Of a stretch of 64,000 bases of DNA, positions 23,625-34,766 are shown piece by piece. The stretch covers positions 15,562,001 through 15,626,000 of the forward strand of contig CM069138.1 of NCBI GenBank assembly GCA_035221665.1. The letters run 5' to 3'. The DNA is from Okamejei kenojei. Lineage: Eukaryota. The notes beneath the pieces were generated by a model. It saw only the letters and a program-made list of their open reading frames with translations, was not told the origin of the DNA and searched no databases. The translations under genes and the position numbers were made by a program. How positions within the stretch are numbered: position 1 is the first letter of the stretch; every line of letters begins with the position of its first letter.

Positions 23625-23899
23625 TCAAGTATAACCTTGCTGCATTTTATATTTATATCTCCTAACAATGAATGAAATTCTGTGAGAATTCTTAATCACA
23701 TGCTTATGTGAATCATGCAATTGGATATCCAGATCCCTCTGCAAGGCTCGCTCACCATTTAGATAATAGGCTTTTCTATTTTTCCCACCATAGCGACAAT
23801 TTCACCTTTTGCATGTTATACTTCATTGTCCACTCGCTCAGAGATTCTAGAACATTTCATCTTTCCTTTTGTATCACCAGCAAACTAAGCAGCCATATC

Positions 23900-24002
23900 T
23901 TTTCTGAAGTCTGAAGAAGGGTCTCGACCCGAAAAGTCGCCTATCTCCTTCGCTCCTTAGATGCTGCTGCACCCGCTGAGTTTCTCCAGCTTTTTGTGTA
24001 AC
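23900..24002 (+). mobile_element. Solo Penelope terminal repeat with 10-bp TSD
   Basis: Near-identical to 23495-23586; CAGCCATATC at 23890-23899 and 24003-24012. Confidence 0.75.
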
Positions 24003-25062
24003 CAGCCATATCATTTGGTGCCTTTGACCAAATCATTTCTAAATTGTGAATATTTGAGGCCCTGACACTGATCTCTTGGAACATTGCTCGTTACATTCTG
24101 CCAATTGAGAAAAGACTCGTATACCTACTCGCTGTTTCTCGAGCGTGTAGCCTGCCAATTATTAAGAAAGCCATATCATTTAAGAAAATTGGCCTTACCA
24201 CTGATCTATTTCTGCACTAACCTTTATTGCCCAACTTATCATTTGGTTTATTTCTGAGAAAAGAAATCTATGAAGTACATCTATGGATAAGTTCTAGGAG
24301 CTGAATAGGACATTCGGCCCAGCAGGCACCTGCCATTCAGCTTGAATGGATACTATCAACCCTCAAACCCCAAAAAACCTTTTGACATAAACCCTAACTA
24401 ATCAAGAATCTCTGTCAATCCTCTCTCTTGCCTCAATTTTTAATAATTTTATTTAATCACAAATACTTTGATTTTATCCACAAAAAAAGTCAACTCGCTG
24501 ATAATGGGCAAATGACTGATTTTCATCTGAATGAAGTAAAGGGATCTAATGAATGATGAATTACTATGCCATTTCAGCTTGAATGCTGCTACTTGACCTC
24601 TCTGCAAAATGGTCAGGAGTGAGACAAACATATACATAGAATTAAAAATCGAGTTTAAGATTATTCAGACTCATACACTGGACTTCTGGCAGCACCTCTG
24701 CAGTGGTCAAATGCTTACAATCAAAGATTACAAAGCATGCAGCAAAAGAATATTTGTTTTAATGAAGCATATTAATTTTCATAGACTTGGGCAAGAATGT
24801 GGCAGGAAGGTAATGAAATTCTTGTGAGTTTAGTACAATTTCCTGCAGCATGAACTAGAACTAACAAGAAAACATGATAGTAGCTATACTGTTGTGTAAT
24901 GAGCCTGATTTCAGCCGGCTGTCCGTGTTTTGTGAGCAATGGCCAAATAATGATCATTGTATAATTTAATCTGGCCTTGAACAGAAGAAATGGGGAAACT
25001 CAAAGATACCAATGTTGAACGAAATGGGCAATCACTAGATTAATGGAAGCAGAGGAAAATAA

Positions 25063-25216
25063 TAACCATATAACCATATAACAATTTACAGCACGGAAAC
25101 AGGCCCTCTCGGCCCTTCCAGTCCGTGCCGACCACTTGTTTTCCCCTAGTCCCATCTACCTGCACTCAGACCATACCCCTCCATTCCCTTCACGTCCATA
25201 TACCTATCCACTTTAC
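25063..25216 (-). mobile_element. CR1 young-subfamily 3' tail
   Basis: Near-identical to 2540-2695. Confidence 0.85.
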
Positions 25217-25424
25217 TGAAGAAATTTGCAGAAGAATAATGAAGAAATTAACGGAACCGAATTGGCAAATCTGAAGTGGCTAGAATATTGGATTTCCCAT
25301 AGTCTCCCGCAATCTGTAACATCTGGAGCTGAGGCTTTGAGCGCCCTAAAATTATCATTAAACCTGGGTACTAAACCTGATGTAAAAAAAAGCAAACCAT
25401 ATGCATCACCAGATGCACCTTATT

Positions 25425-26030
25425 GGCCTGTCCCACTTAGGCGAATGCAGGATACTGCGCTCACCACATGGTCGTCACATGTTTGCTGGTGGTCTCTGGT
25501 GAGTCTCCTTCATGGTCGCGAGGAGTTCCTGCATTCTGAGAACTAATCACGGCCTCAGTATGGTCGCCGCAAATTTTTCAACATGTTAATCCTGATAATC
25601 GATAATCCTGTAGTCGTAGGTGCAGTTGTAGTGGGGTCGCCATGTAGTTGTAGGTAGTCGAAGGTAGTTTTAGTTAAACGCATTTGCTGACCGGTCATTT
25701 TCATTGCCTCATTGGTACAAAAAAACGCAAGCAAGTGTTTTCAGAACCAAGGATAACCGACCGGTAATGTTAAATGTCCGCCGAACTTCACAGCTGTGTT
25801 TCTCTGGCTTACTAAAAAAGTTGTCTCCACCCCTTCACTTCTCCCCCCCCCTTTTTAAAGGATTTACCGTACACTGTGCTAGCCATTTTAATTACAGCCC
25901 CAAACTTCCTGTTCATCGCGGTGTAAGGTTGTATCACCTTGGCTTTGCACCGTGTGAATTTCAGAGAGCGCTCCCTCCACTTACACTGGTGCCCGTCTTT
26001 GCTGTGTGTGTGTGTCGCGCAGCCGCTTAA
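25425..26030. mobile_element. Harbinger-like non-autonomous element, left part
   Basis: GGCCTGTCCCACTTAGGC TIR and TTTGCTGACCGGTCATTTTCATTG shared with 51685-52710; right TIR not found. Confidence 0.6.
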
Positions 26031-26454
26031 TAGAGGTAGTGTGCAACGAACAAGATAAAATGATCCCGTTACAAATTGATCAAGTCCACAACTTTCACAA
26101 TCTTGCTGTATCTGCTAGTAAAAGATGTCGATTGCTTAGTTTTTGTTTTGAATTGGACTCTTTCACAATAACCCAAACTTGGATAAAGGAGCTGAAATAT
26201 AGGCATGAGATTAGACTTTATCATAGATCTTTTTTTCCAAGTGTGTTTTAGTAATATTATGCAAATAAAGGTCACCTCATCCAGATGGACTGTGATGCAC
26301 CTTCCTCATGAGCAGGTCCTCTGTTGTAAGACTTATATGTGCATGGATGGTCCTAGCCAAGCCATTGGATGCCACTTGCTCAAAATTATTTTGTGCACTT
26401 GAACCCATGAACAATGTGGTTGTCTCATCAACACAAGCCTATATGGTGTGTTCA

Positions 26455-26830
26455 GATAGAAACATAGAAAATAGGTGCAGGAGTAGGCCATTTGGCCCCG
26501 AGCCAGCACTGCCGTTCAATATGATCATGGCTAGACAAAAATGCTGGAGAAACTCAGCGGGTGAGGCAGCATCAATGGAGTGAAGGAATAGGTGACGTTT
26601 TGGGTCGAGACCCTTCTTCAGTCACCCATTCCTTCGCTCCATAGATGCTACCTCACCCGCTGAGTTTCTCCAGCATTTTTGTCTACCTTCGATTTTTCCA
26701 GCATCTGCAGTTCTTTCTTAAACAATTTAATCTGGCTGATCATCCAAAATCAGTACCCTGTTCCTGCTTTCTCCACATATCCCTTGATTCAGTTAGCCCT
26801 AAGAGCCCTAACTTTCTCTTGAATACATCA
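26455..26830 (-). mobile_element. CR1 3' tail with nested palindromic Penelope mini-element (~26532-26722)
   Basis: CR1 ATGATCATGGCTGATCATCC is split by inverted AGACAAAAATGCTGGAGAAACTCAGCGGGTGAGG arms. Confidence 0.75.
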
Positions 26831-29215
26831 TCTTTAGGATTAGATATGCAGGACCAAATTTATATTCTGGTACTCCAGAGTCTTTTGTCATACAAATAGT
26901 TCCCCCTTTATGTGTGTAATATTCACTTAAAGCAGCTTGCTCCTTCTCCTCTTGCTGATGTTCCATTGTCATTAGAACCCTGAATTTAGTGTCCTTTTAA
27001 CTTGCCAACATGTTCCAACAATTGTTGTTTTGACTCTGGGGCCATTTGTACACCCCATCGTTTCAATACCTGATTCTTCGCCAACCTAATTCAGCCATTG
27101 TGTTTGCCTATGTAAGGCGGTTCTGATCTTTTTTTTTTGCAATGTAGATGTAGCTGTCAAGTCCCGCATTTATTGGTCATCCCTGAAAGTCCTCTGCACA
27201 GAATAGCTTGGTTGGCCATTTCAGTGTCAACCGCATTGTTGTAGAATGGAATTGCATGGGCTAGATCTGATAATAGCATATCTCCTTTCTGAAGAAGAGG
27301 AGTGAAGCACATTGATATTTATACGTATCAGGTCATTTTATTATCGTCGTAACTAAGACAATGTCTGATCATTTAACAAAATTTTAAAAATCCATAATTA
27401 ACATGGCTCTATTTTGTTAAACCACGATTATTAGTTCAATGTTTTAACCAGAGCACTTTCATAAATAATCCCTTTGCACAATGGTTTGGTCTCTTAAATG
27501 TGTAGGAAGGAGCTGCAGATGCTGGTTTACGCCGAAGATAGAAACAAAATGCTGGAGTAACTCAGCAGGACAGGCAGCGTCTCTGGAGAGAAAGGATGAT
27601 GTTTCGGGTCGATACCCTTCTTCAGCCTTTTAAATGGTTGTGCTTGTCCATCTTGCACAGAGCTGAAGTGCAGTGTCATGTTAATATTCCTCTTTGGGTA
27701 TAGAATAAGATTAATCTGTGGAATGCTTTCTACATTCTGCCTTTTCCTTTGGATTGTTGATTATTGGAAATTCAGACAATCGCTGGGAATGTGTCAATAT
27801 TTGCATTGTTTTTAAAGTCAACTTTGAAATCTACTGAAAGTAAATAACATTGACAAAAGTATATTTTGTATTTGGAGTGTTCAGAAAACCAAATATAGGT
27901 GACTCCTGTGTTTTGGGTATATCGAGTTACAGAAATTCATCCTTGTTGAATTCACAAATCAATACAAAAAAATGCGAGCCAAGGAACAGAATTTGCTCTC
28001 ATGGAAATGAAGTAGAAAGATAAATGAATAAAGTCCCTATCTCTCCCCCCCACCCCCCCCCCCCCCCCCCCCCCCCCTCCCCCCCTCCTCCCCCTCGGTA
28101 ATGCAGGTCTCACCTGCAATCTTTTTATATACTGAATTGTTAGAAATATGGAATGGTTACTTTGAGTTACAAAGTGGCAGCGCGTTTGCAGAAATGTCAA
28201 TTACTTCGAATATTTGACTTTTTAATAGTCTATTTCTTTGATATTGGAGGGACAGATGTGTCGTACAGTGAATATTTGCCAGTCTTTTTGAAAATTTTCA
28301 GTTAAATTAATCTTATTAAGTGGCAGCTGCCACATAAAATGCACCAGTGAATGGAGACCTTGATCATGTACTTCCATGTTTATTGCCCATGTAATAAATT
28401 ATGGAAACTAATGTGCTTACTTCTGGTTCTGTCAAAGAGCCTAAACATCTAATCGGTACTGTTTGAAGAATAAGCTGTCGCTGTTTTCTCAGATTTTTCC
28501 TTTTTGAAGAATATGTTAAGCATTTTGCCAATATATTTTCTCAATGGACATTTTGCTGAAGTGACTATCTAACTGACTAGGTTTAATAATGCTATATAAA
28601 TGAGTGGTTTGTGTGTTTATTTCATGCAACATTTAAAAAAAACAATGGTTAACAACCTGCATATTTTTGGAGTAAATTATGTCACCGCTTTGCAAGAAAT
28701 GGAACAATCCATTTAGAGCAACGACAGGTAGTTCTGCAAAACGACACATTGGATATAATACAATTGTTGAATTGGGAAATGCTCTTTGTATTACATAGGC
28801 TGAATGAGTTAATCAGCAAATTTAAAAGGGAACTAGTGAATTAGTTAAAAGTAACTTTGAAAATTGACGAGCAGAAACAAAAGCGGGGGTGGGAGGGAAC
28901 CACTATAGAAAAAAAAGGCGGTTTCCATGTGAACCCCCCTGCAGTAATTGGACACCATTGTCTCTTTGAGTAGGAAGGAACTGCAGATGCCTGTTTATAC
29001 CAAAGATAGACACAATATGCTGGAGGTACACAGGGGGACAGGCAAAATCTCTGGAGAGAAGAAATGGGTGATTATTTGGGTGTAGACCCTTGTTCAGACT
29101 ATCTTCTCCAATCTGAAGAAGGGTCTCAGCCCAAAATGTCATCCATTCCTTGGGTGCTGCCTATCCCGCTGAGTTACTCCCGCATTTTGTGCCTTTTATT
29201 GACACTTCCGCAAAG

Positions 29216-29460
29216 ACATAAAAACATAGAAAATAGGTGCAGGAGGAGGCCATTCGGCCCTTCGAGCCAGCACCACCATTCATTATGATCATTCATGGCT
29301 GATCGTCCGCTATCAATAACCCGTGCCTGCCATCTCCCCATATCCCTTGACTCCACTAGCCCCTAGAGCTCTATCCAACTCTCTCTAAAATCCATCCAGT
29401 GATCTGGCCTCCACTGCCCTCTGTGGCAGGGAATTCCATAAATTCACAACTCTCTGGGTA
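29216..29460 (-). mobile_element. CR1 3' tail (adjacent Penelope palindrome ~28970-29200)
   Basis: Reverse complement of the 49950-50180 type sequence. Confidence 0.8.
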
Positions 29461-31121
29461 AGACACACTATGAAACAATGTGACATACAACCTTCAGTAA
29501 TTTCAGCAGTAACATAAAAATCTTGTAGCTATTACAAATACCTTTTTTTGTTTTTGAAAATCTTGGCAGAGAAATAACTTTATTGTGAGTCTGAAACCCT
29601 TTGGAATCAACCCCTTCCCCCCCCCCCCCCCCCCCCCCCCTCCCATTGACAATTATTTTTAGAATGTGTTTTCCAATAACACAAGGTTTCTTAGGAATGC
29701 AGCAACAGTATCACACCACAGCAGAGTTACCTGTCTTGATAGTTTTAAACATTCCTGGGTGAGCTTATCATAGATGCAATACCAAACTCTATTCTGGTCA
29801 ATCAACGTGGCTCATTTCCAAATGTAATGGTATCTAAGTTGAAGCTTTTAAGGCCTGCTAATGCAGTCGTCTTTTTGTACCCGTTTGAGATGAATAGAAG
29901 TAAAACTCCGTGGTATTTTGGTATACTCAGGATCTGTCTTCACTAAGGAAGACACAAACAATATCCCAGATGTACTAGAGGACAGAGGATCTAAGGGGGG
30001 TAGAGGAACTGAAATAATTTTTCATTAGGCGAGCAATAGTATTGGGTAGGCTAATGGGACTGAAGGATGATAAATCCCATGGGCCTGATGGTCTGCATCC
30101 CAGGGTCCTCAGGGAGGTGGCTCTAGAAATAGCGGATGCATTGGTGATCATTTTACAATGTTCAATAGATTCAGGATCAGTTCTTGTGGATTGGAGGAGA
30201 ACTAATGTTATCCCACTTTTCAAGAAAGGAGAGAGAGAGAAAACGGGGAATTACAGACCAGTTAGCCTGACTTTGGTGGTGGGAAAGATGCTGGAGTCAA
30301 TTATTAAAGAGGTAATAATGGGGCATTTGGATAGCAGTAAAAGGATTAGTCCAAGACAACATGGATTTATGAAAGAGAAATCATGCTTGACTAATCTTCT
30401 GGAAATTTTTGAGGTTGTGACAAGTAAAATGGATGAAGGGGTTCCAGCAAAGTCTGGACTTCCCACAAGGGAGACTGGTGACTAAAATTAGAGCACATGG
30501 TATTGGGGTTAGGGAGTTGACATGGATAGAAAACACTAGCAAGTTTGCGGATGACACAAAGCTGGGTGGCAGTGTGAACTGTGAAGAGGATGTTAAGAGG
30601 TTGCAGGGTGACCTGGACAGGTGAGTGAGTGGGCAGATGCGTGGCAGATGCAGTATAATATAGATAAATGTGAGGTTATCCACTTTGGCGGCAAAAACAA
30701 GGGGCCAGATTATTATCTCTATGGGGTTAGGTTAGGTAAGGGGGAGGTGCAGCGAGACCTGGGCGTCCTTGTACACCAGTCACTGAAAGTTGACGTGCAG
30801 GTACAGCAGGCAGTGAAGAAAGCTAAAGGAATGTTGGCCTTCATAACAAGAGGATTTTAGTATAGGAGTAAAGAGGTTCTTCTGCAGTTGTTTAGGGCTC
30901 TGGTGAGACCACATCTGGAGTATTGTGTACAGTTTTGGTCTCCTAATTTGAGGAAGGACATCCGTGTGATTGAGGCAGTGCAGCGTAGGTTCACGAGATC
31001 GATCTCTGGGATGGCGGGACTGTCATACGAGGAAAGATTTAAAAGACTAGGCTTGTATTCACTGGAGTTTAGAAGGATGAGGGGGATCTTATAGAAACAT
31101 ATAAGATTATTAAGGGATTGG

Positions 31122-31552
31122 CATACCTGCCAACCATTCCGATTTGGGCGGAATTCTTCCGATTTTTCCATCCCAATTCCGAATTCCGATTTTTTTCCTC
31201 AATATTCCGAAAAAAATTGGAATTCGGAATTGGGATGGAAGCGTGCATGCGACCCATGGCGGCGGCGGCGGCGAGGAGACAGCGAGAGAGCGCACCGCGC
31301 CTGCGCCGCTTATGGGGGCACGCACGGGTGTACGCCAGCACGCAGCCGCATGACCCCGCCCCGCCACGGTGGCGTTCGGCGTCACTTGCCCCCCCCCGCA
31401 CTGAGGTCACTTTCCCGCCCTCACTGACGTCACGTGCCCCGCCCCTTACTGACGTCACGTGTCCCGCCCCTTACTGACGTCACGTGCCCCGCCCTCACTG
31501 ACGTCAGACTAATAAGATTCCGATTTTTCATTCTCACAAGTTGGCAGGTATG
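31122..31552. mobile_element. 431-bp MITE with 13-bp perfect TIRs and 6-bp TSD, GC/CpG-rich
   Basis: GATTGG|CATACCTGCCAAC...GTTGGCAGGTATG|GATTGG; removal restores the CR1 sequence ATTAAGGGATTGGACAC seen at 6391-6407. Confidence 0.9.
31414..31506. promoter_or_regulatory. 24-25-bp tandem array of GC box + CRE + E-box motifs
   Basis: TGACGTCA at 31425, 31450, 31475, 31499; the first three overlap CACGTG; each preceded by CCCGCCC; function not shown. Confidence 0.6.
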
Positions 31553-33124
31553 GATTGGACACACTAGAGGCAGGAAACATGTTCCCAATGTTGGGGGAGT
31601 CCAGAACCAGGGGCCACAGTTTAAGAATAAGGGGTAGGCCATTTAGAACGGAGACGAGGAAAAACCTTTTCACCCAGAGTTGTGAATCTGTGGAATTCTC
31701 TGCCTGAGAAGGCAGTGGAGGCCAATTCTTTGGATGCTTTCAAGAGAGACTTCGATAGAGCTCTTAAAGATATGGGGAGAAGGGAGGAACGGGGTACTGA
31801 TTGTGGATGATGAACCATGATCACAATGAATGGCGGTGCTGGCTCGAAGGGCCGAATGGCCTACCCCTGCACCTAATGTCTATTGAAAGAAGGCTGGACT
31901 GGTGTTGAAGTGTTAGTCGGGCAGCACTTTGAGACTAGTAACCAGGTGGATGGCAGAGAACAGGACAATCGATAATATTATACTTTTTTTTAATGGACAA
32001 GGCTAATCTCAACCACTACAGGCTAGTCAGTTTTTACTTGGTGGGAAACATTTTGTGGCAATGTTTAGGAATAAAGAGGAACAATTTGGACAAACGTAGA
32101 TGGATTAGGAAAAGTAATTAAGTGTTCGAAAAAGTAATTTTTAACTACCTTGAATAATTTGATCAGGGGATCAATGGAGGACATGCAGCTGATGTGGTGT
32201 ACATGGACTTTTAAAAGAGTTTTGATAAAGTGTTGCATAATGGGCATATCAAGAAGGAAGCTAATGGAATAAGGCAACATCGAACTGAAAAATAAATAGA
32301 CTTAGTGACATGCAATGTAGTACATGAAGCTCTTCTTAATCACTGATTTACAATCTGCAGTTCTATGTACTTGCAAGCCTGGCCATTTATTATTTGGAGT
32401 GTTGATAAATATAGCCTCCCCTGTGGTATTTGGTGAATGTTGTTTGAGGTGGATTGTATTTATTTATTATCTTGTGCTTGAAACCAATAAAATATCAACA
32501 ACCAGTATGTGGTAAGGATTGGTGTTGCAAATACTTGGGGTGTGGGGTGGATTTGTAACCAGAGCCAGTGTTCCCGTTAGGAGTACCGGAGGCCAGTAAT
32601 GTCGGTAGGTTTGCAGCCAGTCGGGATCTGGAGTGTTTACATGCATCATCTTCTTTTGATAAACTGAAATCTACAAGCTGAAACTTGTGTGGAAGTTGTT
32701 ATATCCATAACAGAGGTTCTACATAATCGTGGCTGATCTACCCCAGGCCTCCACTCATTCTCTGTGCCAGTTCCCAATGGCACTGAATTGATAGATCTTT
32801 CAAAGATTTATCTGTCCCATTTATAAATATATCTCTAGGGATCCAACCTCCACAACTTTCCAGAATTCCTGCGATTCATCATTTCCTGTAAGAAGAAATT
32901 CCTCAGCACCTCTTTTAAAACAAATGCTCCTTATCTTGTAGCTATGCCCCTCGTTTTCACATCTCACTTTACTCGACTTTATCTTGCACTAATCGTTATT
33001 CCCTTTATCCTGCATCTGTACAATGTAAATGGCATGATTGTAAACATAGTCTTTCCGCTGACTGGATAGCATGCAACAAAAGACCTTGGTTCACATGACA
33101 ATAATAAACTAAACCAAAGAAACA

Positions 33125-34500
33125 TTTCAACAAGTCAAAGCTGTTCCCGAGGTGAACCCTCGGAAAAACGTCTGGTCTAAATGGTGTATCTGGTCGCATT
33201 CTCAAAACCTGTGGAGATTTTTGTGGACATCTTCAACCATCCACTTCTGTGGCCGTAGGTCCCCACCTACCTTAAAAATACGTCCATAGTATCCTCGCTC
33301 AAGAATGCTTCAATGAGGACAGATTGGTGGCATTCTTGTTCATTGCGATGAAGTGCTTCAAGAGTTTAGTATTGTTGCAAATTAACCCCTGTATCAGTTA
33401 TGACCAGAGCCCACTTCAGTTCACATACAGCAACAACAGATCGACAGCGGATGTGAGCTCAATGGGTTTCCACTCTGTTGTGGACCACTTGGACAACAGG
33501 AACTCGGACACAGCTTGGCATTCAGTGTGATCATTCCTGTCATCTCGGGGTACTGGGTCTCTACGGAGTATGGATTGGTGGCAGCACTTACTCCTCAATG
33601 ACCATCAACATAGGGGCTCCTCAGGTCTACATATTTAGACCCCTGACTACTCTACCCAAGATTGTGTAGCCAGAGTCCAACACTATCTTTGAATTTGCCG
33701 ACGATGCCACTGTCAAGGGCCAAATAATTGGTAACAGTGAGACATGATATATGGAAGGGAGATCGATAATGTGGTTGAGTGGTGCCAAAATAACAATCTT
33801 GCTTTCAGCGTTAGCAAAACCAAATAGCTGATTGTTGATTTCATAAAGGGAAAGTCAAGGGACTATGCACTTTTCTTCAAAGGTAGGCTGGTGGTGGAGA
33901 GAGTTAACAGCTTTGAGTTCCTGTGTGTACACATCTCTTATGATTCTTCCTGTGCTCAGGGCAAGGCATTGACGAAGAACTCTCACCAATGCTTCGGCTT
34001 CCTCCGACGTCTGAGTAAATTCGGCCTGTTGCCAATTACTCTGATGAAATTTCTTTAGGTTTATGGTGGAGAGTGTACTGACTGGTTGCACTATGGTCTG
34101 CTTTAGTAATTCGAATGCTCAAGAATGAAGGAGGCTGTAGAACATGGAAGGAATTGCCCAATCCACCATGGGTATTAATGTCCCTCCCATTGAAGGGATC
34201 CAGAGGTAGTGCTGCCTCAAGAAGGCAGTTAATAACGCCAGAAAACCACTCCACCCAAGGCATGCTCTCTTTTCACTGCTACCATCCGGAGAGAGAAACC
34301 GGAGCCTGAGAACCATTACCTCTTAGTTCAAGAACAGCTGCTTCCCATGCACCATGAAATTCTTGAACCCCCGTGCACAATCCTACCCAGAGTCTTACCT
34401 CAGCACTGAACCACTAAGCACTTCACACTACTCTGGTTGCTCTGTGTACTTTTGCTTTTGCACTATCATAGCCTGGATCCATTGGAATAATTAATGATTT
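33125..34500 (+). mobile_element. Old, degraded Rex1/Babar LINE
   Basis: MKCFKSLVL, PLQFTYSNNRSTAD, NIGAPQ, EFADD remnants. Confidence 0.75.
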
Positions 34501-34516
34501 ATTGTTGTTGCATCTC

Positions 34517-34766
34517 ATAGAAACATAGAAACATAGAAATTAGGTGCAGGAGTAGGCCATTCAGCCCTTCGAGCCTGCACCGCCATTCAATATGATCATG
34601 GCTGATCATCCAACTCAGTATCCCGTACCTGCCTTCTCTCCATACCCTCTGATCCCCTTAGCCACAAGGGCCACATCCAACTCACTCTTAAATATAGCCA
34701 ATGAACTGGCCTCAACTACCCTCTGTGGCAAAGAGTTCCAGAGACTCACCACTCTCTGTGTGAAAA
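34517..34766 (-). mobile_element. CR1 3' end with (TTTCTATG)n tail
   Basis: ORF 34615-34836 FTQRVVSLWNSLPQ; a same-subfamily piece lies at 59270-59366. Confidence 0.85.

Larger units (their letters stand above)
29933..31885 (+). mobile_element. CR1 LINE ORF2 remnant with deletions and nested MITE
   Basis: KSHGPDGLHPRVL, GNYRPVSLT, KFADDTKLGG, LVRPHLEYCVQFW, and 3' UTR. Confidence 0.9.

Noticed and set aside
31069-31642. Several overlapping ORFs suggesting a small gene or second exon
   Set aside because: GC-rich MITE interior bounded by TIRs and TSD; no recognisable protein
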